DNA of 64,000 bases. Origin: a virus (Duplodnaviria; Heunggongvirae; Uroviricota; Caudoviricetes). The translations under genes and the position numbers were made by a program. Of this stretch, positions 53,441 through 63,022 are shown in pieces. Where the stretch lies: IMG/VR virus record IMGVR_UViG_2875703104_000004; one strand, written 5' to 3'. Numbering within the stretch: position 1 is the first letter of the stretch; each line of letters starts with the position of its first letter. Below the pieces are notes generated by a model that did no database searches, was not told where the DNA came from, and saw nothing but the letters and a program-made list of their open reading frames with translations.

Positions 53441-53883
53441 TCGAAACCCTGCTGGATTTTTCGGGGCTGGAGGACATCAGCCGCGATTTGCAGCTTCTGA
53501 GTGGTGCGGAAAATAACCGGGTGCTGCGTGAGGCAACCCGTGCGGGTGCGAATGTGCTGAAAGAAGAAGTGGTGTCACGGGCACCGGTACGCAGGGGAAA
53601 ACTGCGCCGCAATGTGGTGATCCTTTCCCGGCGCTCCCGCGATGGCGGGATGGAATCCGGTGTCCATATCCGTGGTGTTAATCCGGACACCGGTAACAGC
53701 GATAACACCATGAAGGCGGATAACCCGCGCAATGCTTTCTACTGGCGGTTTGTGGAAATGGGGACCGTGAATATGCCACCGCACCCGTTTGTGCGCCCGG
53801 CGTTTGATGTGCGCAGTGAACAGGCAGCTCAGGTGGCGATTGCGCGGATGAACCGGGCCATTGATGAGGTACTGAGACGATGA
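53437..53883 (+). CDS. HK97 gp10-like tail component
   Basis: 148 aa; position. Confidence 0.55.
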   Translation: MIETLLDFSGLEDISRDLQLLSGAENNRVLREATRAGANVLKEEVVSRAPVRRGKLRRNVVILSRRSRDGGMESGVHIRGVNPDTGNSDNTMKADNPRNAFYWRFVEMGTVNMPPHPFVRPAFDVRSEQAAQVAIARMNRAIDEVLRR

Positions 53884-54224
53884 CGGAGGCGGATTTGTAT
53901 CCTCATCTGGCGCATCTTGCCGGCGGGCAGGTGTACCCGTATGTGGTCCCCCTGCTGGATGGCAGGCCGTCGGTGGCGCTTCCGTGGGTGGTTTTCAGCC
54001 TGATTTCATCGGTGTCAGCGGACGTGATGGGCGGGCAGGCGGAGTCCTCAGTGTCGGTGCAGATAGACGTTTATGCCGGGACTGTGACGCAGGCGCGTCA
54101 GATACGTCAGGACGCCCGTGAAGCCATAATGCTGCTGGCCCCGGGATCCGTCAGTGAAATGCAGGACTATATTCCGGAAAACCGCTGTTACCGTGCAACC
54201 CTGGAGTTTCAGGTCACGGTGTGA
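53880..54224 (+). CDS. Tail completion protein (DUF3168-like)
   Basis: 114 aa; position. Confidence 0.55.
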   Translation: MTEADLYPHLAHLAGGQVYPYVVPLLDGRPSVALPWVVFSLISSVSADVMGGQAESSVSVQIDVYAGTVTQARQIRQDAREAIMLLAPGSVSEMQDYIPENRCYRATLEFQVTV

Positions 54225-54252
54225 CTTTTTCTTTTTTTCTACAAAACCATAC

Positions 54253-54273
54253 CCCGCCGCGTGCGGGTTTTTT
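54253..54273 (+). terminator. Terminator-like hairpin upstream of major tail gene
   Basis: CCCGC-cgcgt-GCGGG + TTTTTTATT. Confidence 0.4.
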
Positions 54274-54289
54274 ATTATCAGGAGGCAGA

Positions 54290-55003
54290 ATGTCTGCTTT
54301 GTATGAACGCTCACAGCTGACGCAGGTGATGATTTCATCTGCCCCGGCGACTGCTGAAACTATGGATAAGGCGGAATATCTGCGCCTGGACTGCACCATC
54401 AAGGAAGTCCAGTTCACCGCCGGTCAGAAACAGGATATTGATGTGACCACGCTCTGCTCCACAGAGCAGGAGAACATCAACGGTCTGGGGGCGTCGTCTG
54501 AGATTTCCATGTCGGGTAATTTTTATCTGAATCAGGCCCAGAACGCCCTGCGTGATGCCTATGACAATGACGCGTTGTATGCGTTTAAGGTGCTGTTTCC
54601 GTCCGGTAAGGGCTTTAAATTCCTGGCGGAAGTGCGTCAGCACACCTGGTCATCCGGTACCAACGGCGTGGTGGCTGCAACGTTCTCACTGCGTCTGAAA
54701 GGCAAACCGGTGTCCTTTGTGGTACCGCTGGCGTTTGTGAAAAATCTGGATAAAACACTTACCGTGAATACCGGTGCGCTGCTGACAATGTCAGTCAGTG
54801 CCAACGGGGGAACGCCGCCGTATAAATACGCCTGGAAGAAGGATGGTCAGCCGGTTGACGGGCAGACGACAGACACCTTCAGTAAGCCAGGTGCGCAGTC
54901 CGCTGATGCGGGGAAATATACCTGCGTGGTGACCGATTCGGCAGAGAAAGCACAGAGTGTGACGTCTTTTGAATGCACCGTGACAGTGAGCGCAGCCGCC
55001 TGA
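54290..55003 (+). CDS. Major tail protein with C-terminal Ig-like domain
   Basis: ATG 54290 with AGGAGG RBS; Ig-like C-terminus (GGTPPYKYAWKKDGQPVDG...YTCVVTD). Confidence 0.75.
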   Translation: MSALYERSQLTQVMISSAPATAETMDKAEYLRLDCTIKEVQFTAGQKQDIDVTTLCSTEQENINGLGASSEISMSGNFYLNQAQNALRDAYDNDALYAFKVLFPSGKGFKFLAEVRQHTWSSGTNGVVAATFSLRLKGKPVSFVVPLAFVKNLDKTLTVNTGALLTMSVSANGGTPPYKYAWKKDGQPVDGQTTDTFSKPGAQSADAGKYTCVVTDSAEKAQSVTSFECTVTVSAAA

Positions 55004-55020
55004 TAAGGGGATGGGTCATC

Positions 55021-55395
55021 ATGAAAAAGGATCTGAAAACGCTGGCGCTGGCCAGACTGTCAGGGTTTCGTCATAAAACGGTGAAGGTGCCGGAATGGGG
55101 TAATGTCAGCGTGGTGCTGCGGGAGCCTTCGGCAGAGGCCTGGTATCTGTGGCAGGAAGTGCTCAATGGTGATGGAGAGGATGACGATACCCTGTCGGTG
55201 GTGGCGAAAACCCGCCGTAACCTGGAAGCGGATGTGACGCTGTTCTGCGATGTCCTGTGTGATACGGATCTGCAGCGGGTGTTCACTCCGGACGACCGTG
55301 AGCAGGTGCTGGCCGTCTATGGTCCGGTACATGCCCGGTTGCTGCGTCAGGCACTGGAACTGATCGCTGATGCAGAGTCGGCCAGAAAAAAGTAG
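55021..55395 (+). CDS. Tail assembly chaperone (G-like)
   Basis: ATG 55021; ends at A AAA AAG TAG. Confidence 0.7.
   Translation: MKKDLKTLALARLSGFRHKTVKVPEWGNVSVVLREPSAEAWYLWQEVLNGDGEDDDTLSVVAKTRRNLEADVTLFCDVLCDTDLQRVFTPDDREQVLAVYGPVHARLLRQALELIADAESARKK
55386..55392 (+). promoter_or_regulatory. Candidate -1 frameshift slippery heptamer A AAA AAG
   Basis: AAAAAAG in zero frame 1 codon before stop; -1 frame open from 55392 into ORF 55419-55700. Confidence 0.65.
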
Positions 55396-55700
55396 CCCGC
55401 CCGGAAATTCGCTTTCTGATGCGACTTGCGCTCCGTCTGGGGCGCACCTTATCCGAACTGCGGCACAGCCTGAGTGCGAGCGAGGCGATGATGTGGATGG
55501 AGTTCGACAGGGTATCCCCGCTGGGTGATGAGCGCGGGGATATCCGTAATGCACAGATCGTGAAAGCGGTTTTCGGGGCACAGGGGATGAATGTTGCACT
55601 GAAGGACGCCATGCTCTGCTGGGGCGAGGATGAGGATAAGCCGGAGGTGGATCCGTTTGCGGCGCTGGAAGACGCGCTGAACTTTGCAGCACAGTCATGA
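55392..55700 (+). CDS. Tail assembly chaperone extension (T-like)
   Basis: -1 frame; ...MRLALRLGRTLSELRHSLSASEAMMWMEF... Confidence 0.65.
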   Translation, partial: VARPEIRFLMRLALRLGRTLSELRHSLSASEAMMWMEFDRVSPLGDERGDIRNAQIVKAVFGAQGMNVALKDAMLCWGEDEDKPEVDPFAALEDALNFAAQS

Positions 55701-55747
55701 ATGATGAGAACCGCTGAGGCGGTTTTTTTACGCCCGGAGAAAGGTGA

Positions 55748-58700
55748 ATGGCGACGTTACGTGAACTGATTATCAAAATTTCGGCAAATTCGCAGTCATT
55801 CCAGTCGGAGATCCAGCGGGCTTCCCGCATGGGCAGTGAATATTATCGGACCCTGCAGAATGGCGGGCGTCAGGCTGCCGCAGTCGCCCGGGAGCAGCGA
55901 CGCGCCCTGGCTGAGCTGAACAGCCAGTTGACGGAAATCCGCGCTTCAGCTGCCGGAACGGCGGGGGCATTTGCCGGTGCCTTTGCCACCGGGCACCTGA
56001 TTTCTCTGGCCGATGAATGGAGTTCCGTGAATGCCCGACTGAAACAGGCGTCGCAGTCATCCGATGAATTTTCGTCATCACAGAAAGTGCTGATGGATAT
56101 CAGCCAGCGGACGGGCACGGCATTTTCAGATAATGCGGCCCTGTTTGCCCGCTCGGCAGCCTCAATGCGTGAATATGGTTACAGTGCTGATGATGTGCTG
56201 AAGGTGACGGAGGCCATTTCGACAGGACTGAAACTGTCAGGGGCTGGAGTTGCGGAATCCGGTTCGGTGATCACCCAGTTCAGCCAGGCACTGGCACAGG
56301 GTGTACTGCGTGGCGAAGAATTTAATGCTGTTAACGAAAATGGCGACCGGGTGATCCGCGCGCTTGCTGCGGGGATGGGTGTGGCCCGTAAAGATCTGAA
56401 GGCAATGGCGGATGACGGAAAACTGACAGCGGATAAAGTGGTCCCTGCGTTAATCAGCCAGCTGGGGATATTACGTGATGAATATGCGGCCATGCCGGAA
56501 ACGGTTTCCGGTAGTATCACGAAGGTGGAAAACGCCTTTATGGCCTGGGTGGGCGGTGTGAATGAAGCCAGCGGCTCGACGAAAACGCTCTCCGGCGTGC
56601 TGAATGGTGTGGCCGGACATATTGATGCAGTGGCAACAGCAGCGGGGGCGCTGGTTGCCGTCGGGGTTGCCCGGTACTTTGGCAATATGGCCTCCGGAGC
56701 GGTGTCTGCCACGGCAGGACTTGTGACGGCAGCACGTAATGAAGTGGCACTGGCGGAAGCACAGCTCAGGGGGACGCAGATTGCCACGGCGCGGGCAAGG
56801 GCAGCCGTGTACCGTGCACAGCAGGCTGTGGCGGCAGCCCGCGGGACGGAGATGCAGATTGCTGCAGAAGCCCGTCTGGCGGCCACACAGGAACGCCTGA
56901 ACAGAAATATTGCTGCCAGAACCGCAGCCCAGAATGCGCTGAACAGTACAACGGCGGTGGGTTCACGTCTGATGACTGGTGCGTTGGGACTGGTTGGTGG
57001 CGTACCCGGACTGGTGATGCTGGGGGCAGCAGCATGGTATACGCTGTACCAGAATCAGGAGCAGGCCAGGGAGTCAGCGCGCCAGTATGCACTGACGATA
57101 GATGAAATCGCGCATAAAACGCCGTCAATGTCTTTGCCTGAAGCCTCAGATAATGAAGGACGAACACGGGCGGCGCTGACAGAGCAGAACCGGCTGATTG
57201 ATGAACAGGCCAGCCGGGTGAAATCCCTGCAGGAAAAAATCGCTGGATATCAGTATGTTCTGGCTAACCCTGGCTGGACAACCGGTGACGGATTCATGAT
57301 AAACCATCTGACATCGGTGAAGACCGTAACGGAAGGGCTTTCTCAGGCAACAGAGCAGCTTGCCGTTGAGCAGTCCCGTCTGGCACAGATGCAGGAAAAA
57401 GCGCAGTCCATTCAGGATGTGCTTGCCGGGCTGGAAGACCGTCGTGTGGCGTTAATTCGTCAGCAGGCGGCAGAGCAGAATAAGGTGTACCAGTCCATGC
57501 TGGTTATGAACGGTCAGCATACGGAATTCAACCGTCTGCTGGGGCTGGGGAATGAACTGCTTCAGCAGCGGCAGGGACTGGTGAATGTGCCGTTACGGCT
57601 GCCACAGACCACTCTGGATAATAAACAGCAGAGCGCCCTGACAAAAACAGAGCGTGAGCTGGCCCTGTCCAGACTGAAAGGGGAAGAAAAAGAGCGTGCC
57701 CGGCTGGGGTATGCGGCCGATGACCTCGGTTTTGTGGGGGATTCGTATCAGGAGGCGAGACAGCGTTATATCAGTAATGCTCTGGAAGCCTGGCGTAATA
57801 ACGAGGCGAACAAACCTAAATCCCGGGGTGGAAAATCAGAGACGGAAAAAGCGGAAGACAGTTTTTCCCGGCTACTGAAACAGCAGAAAGAGCAACTGGC
57901 ACTGGCGGGTCAGAATACAGAACTGGCGAAGCTGAAGTACCAGACTGCGCAGGGAGAACTGAAAACCCTGACGGAGATGCAGAAGCAGGAACTGCTGCGT
58001 AACGCGGCCCTGATTGACCAGCAAAAAATCCGGGAACAGTTGCGATCCCGGGAAGAGACCCTGAAGAATGATAATGTGGCTGCGCGTGCATCAAATGAAG
58101 CCGAACTGCTGGGGTACGGGCAGGGAGAACGAGCCAGGGAACGCATGCGGGAGTTGCAGCAGATCCGCGACAGCTTCCGCCAGAAGGATGCGGACCTTCA
58201 GTCTCAGTATCAGACCGGGGATATCAGTGAGGATTTTTACAGACAGGCACGGGCACAGAACGCGCAGTATCTGAGCGAACGCCTTAAGGACCAGGCAGCC
58301 TTTTATGCCGAATCGGATGCGCAGCGTGCGGACTGGCAGAAAGGCTTGCAGGAGGGGCTCAGTAACTGGGTGGACAATGCATCCGATTACGCCTCTCAGG
58401 CAGCACAGCTGGCAACGGAGGGGATTTCAGGACTGGTGAATAACATCACGGAGATGCTGAACGGAAACAAAGTGGAATGGCGCAACTGGGCCTCATCCGT
58501 ACTGCAGGAAATCTCAAAAGTTCTTATGAATGCCGCGATTGTCAACGGAATTAAGACGGCGGCAAACGGTATGTCCGGTGCGGGAGGATTTATTGGCAGC
58601 ATTGGTGACTGGCTGGGCGGTGCGGTGGCCAATGCAAAAGGCGGCGTGTATACCTCGGCAAACCTGAGTGCGTACAGCAACAGCATTGTGGACACGCCCA

Positions 58701-58990
58701 CGTACTTTGCGTTTGCAAAAGGGGCCGGGCTGATGGGGGAAGCCGGACCTGAAGCCATTATGCCCCTGACCCGGGCGGCGGATGGCTCGCTGGGCGTACG
58801 CGCGGTGGGCAGTATGAACGGCAGTGCCGGTCTGGTGTATTCCCCGGTCTACCACATCGCCATTCAGAATGACGGGGCTAACGGACAGATAGGGCCGGAG
58901 GCGGCAGGCAGTCTTGTGCAGCTGATTGACCAGCGGGTGCAGGCGGTGATGCTGTCCATGCGACGTGACGGAGGAATGCTGAGTGGCTGA
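55748..58990 (+). CDS. Tape measure protein (1080 aa)
   Basis: Long coiled-coil-rich ORF between chaperones and M. Confidence 0.9.
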   Translation: MATLRELIIKISANSQSFQSEIQRASRMGSEYYRTLQNGGRQAAAVAREQRRALAELNSQLTEIRASAAGTAGAFAGAFATGHLISLADEWSSVNARLKQASQSSDEFSSSQKVLMDISQRTGTAFSDNAALFARSAASMREYGYSADDVLKVTEAISTGLKLSGAGVAESGSVITQFSQALAQGVLRGEEFNAVNENGDRVIRALAAGMGVARKDLKAMADDGKLTADKVVPALISQLGILRDEYAAMPETVSGSITKVENAFMAWVGGVNEASGSTKTLSGVLNGVAGHIDAVATAAGALVAVGVARYFGNMASGAVSATAGLVTAARNEVALAEAQLRGTQIATARARAAVYRAQQAVAAARGTEMQIAAEARLAATQERLNRNIAARTAAQNALNSTTAVGSRLMTGALGLVGGVPGLVMLGAAAWYTLYQNQEQARESARQYALTIDEIAHKTPSMSLPEASDNEGRTRAALTEQNRLIDEQASRVKSLQEKIAGYQYVLANPGWTTGDGFMINHLTSVKTVTEGLSQATEQLAVEQSRLAQMQEKAQSIQDVLAGLEDRRVALIRQQAAEQNKVYQSMLVMNGQHTEFNRLLGLGNELLQQRQGLVNVPLRLPQTTLDNKQQSALTKTERELALSRLKGEEKERARLGYAADDLGFVGDSYQEARQRYISNALEAWRNNEANKPKSRGGKSETEKAEDSFSRLLKQQKEQLALAGQNTELAKLKYQTAQGELKTLTEMQKQELLRNAALIDQQKIREQLRSREETLKNDNVAARASNEAELLGYGQGERARERMRELQQIRDSFRQKDADLQSQYQTGDISEDFYRQARAQNAQYLSERLKDQAAFYAESDAQRADWQKGLQEGLSNWVDNASDYASQAAQLATEGISGLVNNITEMLNGNKVEWRNWASSVLQEISKVLMNAAIVNGIKTAANGMSGAGGFIGSIGDWLGGAVANAKGGVYTSANLSAYSNSIVDTPTYFAFAKGAGLMGEAGPEAIMPLTRAADGSLGVRAVGSMNGSAGLVYSPVYHIAIQNDGANGQIGPEAAGSLVQLIDQRVQAVMLSMRRDGGMLSG

Positions 58991-59324
58991 GATAAAAACG
59001 CTGCATCTGGTCCCGCGTGAAGGGATGCAGGTGAGTGAGAAACCGTCGGTGGTGAGGGTTCGGTTTGGTGACGGTTATGAACAGCGCCGACCGACGGGAC
59101 TTAATGCCAGACTGAAGACGTTTCAGGCGGTGTTCCGGGTGACGGATGAACCAACCCGGCGCTGGCTGGATGAATTTTTATCCTGGCATGGTGGTTACCG
59201 TGCCTTTTTGTGGCGACCGCCGAAACATAACCGGACGGTGAGGGTGGTATGCCGGGAGTGGAGCGTCACAGATAACGCCAGGTACAGTGATTTCAGTTGT
59301 ACGATTGAGCAGGTGGTGAACTGA
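58983..59324 (+). CDS. Tail tip protein M-like
   Basis: 113 aa; RFGDGY...FLW motifs shared with lambda gpM. Confidence 0.85.
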   Translation: MAEIKTLHLVPREGMQVSEKPSVVRVRFGDGYEQRRPTGLNARLKTFQAVFRVTDEPTRRWLDEFLSWHGGYRAFLWRPPKHNRTVRVVCREWSVTDNARYSDFSCTIEQVVN

Positions 59325-60179
59325 TGCAGGATATTCACGAAGAAAGTCTGAACGAGTCGGTTAAATCAGAGCAGTCACCGCGGGTGGTACTCTGGGAAAT
59401 CGACCTGACGGTACAGGGCGGTGAGCGGTATTTTTTCTGTAATGAGCTGAATGAAAAAGGGGAGCCGGTCACCTGGCAGGGGCGTAAGTATGAGGCATAC
59501 CCGATTGACGGCAGCGGCTTTGAGATGAACGGCCGGGGCAGCAGTGCCAGACCGTCGCTGACGGTGTCCAATCNGTGGTGAGCGGTATTTTTTCTGTAAT
59601 GAGCTGAATGAAAAAGGGGAGCCGGTCACCTGGCAGGGGCGTAAGTATGAGGCATACCCGATTGACGGCAGCGGCTTTGAGATGAACGGCCGGGGCAGCA
59701 GTGCCAGACCGTCGCTGACGGTGTCCAATCTGTTCGGTCTGGTCACCGGGATGGCGGAAGACCTGCAGAGTCTGGTGGGGGCCACGGTGGTCCGCCGCCG
59801 GGTGTATGCCCGTTTTCTGGATGCGGTGAATTTCGTTGCGGGCAATCCGGAGGCGGACCCGGAGCAGGAGCTGAGTGACCGCTGGGTGGTGGAGCAGATG
59901 TCGCAGCTGACAGCCATGACGGCCTCGTTTGTGCTGGCTACACCGACCGAGACGGACGGGGCGCTGTTTCCCGGTCGCATCATGCTGGCGAACACCTGTA
60001 TGTGGGATTACCGGGGAGATGAATGCGGGTATAACGGTCCTGCGGTGGCGGATGAGTTCGATAAACCCACCACGGATATCCGTAAGGACAGATGCAGCAA
60101 GTGCATGCGCGGGTGTGAACTGCGCAGGAATGTCGGCAATTTTGGCGGTTTCCTTTCCATTAATAAACTTTCGCAGTAA
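59324..60179 (+). pseudogene. L: Tail tip protein L (copy 3), inflated by ~150-bp duplication at an N
   Basis: L-like sequence; 59417-59570 repeated at 59576-59727, N at 59573. Confidence 0.7.
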
Positions 60180-61347
60180 ATCCCGGTTTATGACACAGAC
60201 TGAATCAGCGATTCTGGCGCATGCCCGGCGGTGTGTGCCTGCGGAGTCGTGCGGCTTAGTGGTGAGAACGCCGGAGGGGGAGCGGTATATCCCTTGTGTG
60301 AATATCTNCCAATCTGTTCGGTCTGGTCACCGGGATGGCGGAAGACCTGCAGAGTCTGGTGGGGGCCACGGTGGTCCGCCGCCGGGTGTATGCCCGTTTT
60401 CTGGATGCGGTGAATTTCGTTGCGGGCAATCCGGAGGCGGACCCGGAGCAGGAGCTGAGTGACCGCTGGGTGGTGGAGCAGATGTCGCAGCTGACAGCCA
60501 TGACGGCCTCGTTTGTGCTGGCCACACCGACCGAGACGGACGGGGCGCTGTTTCCCGGTCGTATCATGCTGGCGAACACCTGTATGTGGACCTACCGCTC
60601 TGATGAGTGTGGTTACACGGGCGGGGCAGTGGCGGATGAGTTCGATAAACCCACCACGGATATCCGTAAGGACAGATGCAGCAAGTGCATGCGCGGGTGT
60701 GAACTGCGCAGGAATGTCGGCAATTTTGGCGGTTTCCTTTCCATTAATAAACTTTCGCAGTAAATCCCGGTTTATGACACAGACTGAATCAGCGATTCTG
60801 GCGCATGCCCGGCGGTGTGTGCCTGCGGAGTCGTGCGGCTTNCTTTGAGATGAACGGCCGGGGCAGCAGTGCCAGACCGTCGCTGACGGTGTCCAATCTG
60901 TTCGGTCTGGTCACCGGGATGGCGGAAGACCTGCAGAGTCTGGTGGGGGCCACGGTGGTCCGCCGCCGGGTGTATGCCCGTTTTCTGGATGCGGTGAATT
61001 TCGTTGCGGGCAATCCGGAGGCGGACCCGGAGCAGGAGCTGAGTGACCGCTGGGTGGTGGAGCAGATGTCGCAGCTGACAGCCATGACGGCCTCGTTTGT
61101 GCTGGCTACACCGACCGAGACGGACGGGGCGCTGTTTCCCGGTCGCATCATGCTGGCGAACACCTGTATGTGGGATTACCGGGGAGATGAATGCGGGTAT
61201 AACGGTCCTGCGGTGGCGGATGAGTTCGATAAACCCACCACGGATATCCGTAAGGACAGATGCAGCAAGTGCATGCGCGGGTGTGAACTGCGCAGGAATG
61301 TCGGCAATTTTGGCGGTTTCCTTTCCATTAATAAACTTTCGCAGTAA
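60180..61347 (+). repeat. Collapsed-paralog fragments: K 5' pieces and two further L 3' portions, separated by N
   Basis: K-start fragments 60180-60307 and 60766-60841; L 3' parts 60309-60763 and 60843-61347; N at 60308 and 60842. Confidence 0.8.
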
Positions 61348-61357
61348 ATCCCGGTTT

Positions 61358-62101
61358 ATGACACAGACTGAATCAGCGATTCTGGCGCATGCCCGGCGGT
61401 GTGTGCCTGCGGAGTCGTGCGGCTTAGTGGTGAGAACGCCGGAGGGGGAGCGGTATATCCCTTGTGTGAATATCTCTGCAGAGCCGGAGGCGTATTTTCG
61501 TATTGCACCGGAAGACTGGCTGCGGGCAGAGATGCAGGGGGAGATTGTGGCACTGGTCCACAGTCATCCCGGTGGGCTGCCCTGGCTGAGCGAGGCTGAC
61601 CGGCGGCTGCAGATAAAAAGCGCACTGCCCTGGTGGCTGGTCTGCCGGGGTGACATTCACAAATTCCGCTGCGTGCCGCACCTGACGGGACGGCGCTTTG
61701 AGCACGGGGTGACGGACTGTTACACCCTGTTCCGGGATGCATACCATCTGGCGGGGACTGAAATGCCGGATTTTCATCGCGAGGATGACTGGTGGCGCAA
61801 CGGTCAGAACCTTTACCTGGACAATATGGCGGTCACCGGCTTTTACCGGGTGCCCCTGTCCTCTGCACAGGCGGGCGATATTCTGCTGTGCTGCTTTGGT
61901 GCTTCGGTACCGAACCATGCCGCCATTTACTGCGGCAACGGTGAGCTGCTTCACCATCTGCCTGAACAACTGAGTAAACGGGAGAGGTATTCCGAAAAAT
62001 GGCAACGACGAACGCATTCTGTCTGGCGTCACCGCCACTGGCACGCATCTGCCTTCACGGGGATTTGCAACGATTTGGCCGCCGCCTCAGCCTGTATGTG
62101 A
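61358..62101 (+). CDS. K: Tail tip assembly protein K (copy 3)
   Basis: MTQTESAILAHARRCVPAESCG...HSHPGG... Confidence 0.85.
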   Translation: MTQTESAILAHARRCVPAESCGLVVRTPEGERYIPCVNISAEPEAYFRIAPEDWLRAEMQGEIVALVHSHPGGLPWLSEADRRLQIKSALPWWLVCRGDIHKFRCVPHLTGRRFEHGVTDCYTLFRDAYHLAGTEMPDFHREDDWWRNGQNLYLDNMAVTGFYRVPLSSAQAGDILLCCFGASVPNHAAIYCGNGELLHHLPEQLSKRERYSEKWQRRTHSVWRHRHWHASAFTGICNDLAAASACM

Positions 62102-62679
62102 ACACGGCAGCGGAAGCCATTCGCGCCCTGTCGATGCAGATGCCGGGCTTTCGCCGTCAGATGAACGAAGGCTGGTACCAGATACGTATTGCCGGTGATG
62201 ACACGGCACCGGAGGCGGTGTATGCCCGTCTTCACGAACAGCTGGGTGAGGGAACGGTCATCCACATTGTGCCGCGACTGGCCGGGGCCGGAAAGGGTGG
62301 ACTGCAGATTGTGCTGGGGGCGGCAGCCATCGTGGGCTCTTTCTTCACGGCCGGAGGCTCGATGGCGTTATGGGGTACAGCCCTGAGTGCCGGTGGTTTT
62401 TCTGCCACCACGATGCTGTTTTCACTGGGTGCCAGCATGATACTGGGCGGAGTGGCCCAGATGCTGGCCCCGAAGGCAAAAACACCGGATTACCGCGCAA
62501 CGGATAACGGCAGACAGAACACGTACTTTTCCTCGCTGGATAACATGATTGCCCAGGGGAACCCGATGCCGGTGCCTTACGGGGAAATGCTGGTTGGCTC
62601 CCGCCGTATATCCCAGGACATCAGTACCCGTGATGAAGGCGGGGGCGGAAAGGTCGTGGTTATCGGGCGGCAGGGGTAA
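61999..62679 (+). CDS. I: Tail tip assembly protein I (copy 3)
   Basis: 226 aa; lambda gpI-like. Confidence 0.85.
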   Translation: MATTNAFCLASPPLARICLHGDLQRFGRRLSLYVNTAAEAIRALSMQMPGFRRQMNEGWYQIRIAGDDTAPEAVYARLHEQLGEGTVIHIVPRLAGAGKGGLQIVLGAAAIVGSFFTAGGSMALWGTALSAGGFSATTMLFSLGASMILGGVAQMLAPKAKTPDYRATDNGRQNTYFSSLDNMIAQGNPMPVPYGEMLVGSRRISQDISTRDEGGGGKVVVIGRQG

Positions 62680-62683
62680 AAAG

Positions 62684-62723
62684 AATAAAAAAATCCCGCA
62701 GTGATCGCGGACAGGAACTGCGG
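62684..62723 (-). terminator. Minus-strand intrinsic terminator
   Basis: Minus strand: CCCGCAG-(16-nt loop)-CTGCGGG then ATTTTTTTATTCTTTTT. Confidence 0.55.
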
Positions 62724-62783
62724 GAGAGTTACGAAGATTAAGTGTAAGGAATTATTCTTATATCACGACAAAAAAATTAACGC
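62686..62783 (-). ncRNA. Candidate ~95-nt small RNA in I-J intergenic insertion
   Basis: Minus-strand -35 TTCACA / 16-bp spacer / -10 TATAAT (+ coords 62790-62817), no ORF, terminator ~90 nt downstream. Confidence 0.3.
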
Positions 62784-62890
62784 AGAGAAATTATACGCGC
62801 CACAGTCAGTTTGTGAAAATGTGAAGATATTCAGAATTTTTATGCCATTACCGGTTTTAACCAACAGGATTATCGGTGGGCATGAAAGAA

Positions 62891-62918
62891 AACCCCGGTA
62901 TCTGCTGATACCGGGGTT
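62891..62918. terminator. Bidirectional terminator-like hairpin in I-J insertion
   Basis: CCCCGGTATC-tgctg-GATACCGGGG flanked by A-rich and T-rich tracts. Confidence 0.4.
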
Positions 62919-63022
62919 TCTCTTTAGCATGGCAGAAATGTGTTTCATGCTTTTCGGGCGAAGGATATCCGACTTCTGTACGGAATGGCAAGTGGCGGTT
63001 AATTTATTCAGGGGAAGGCTGT

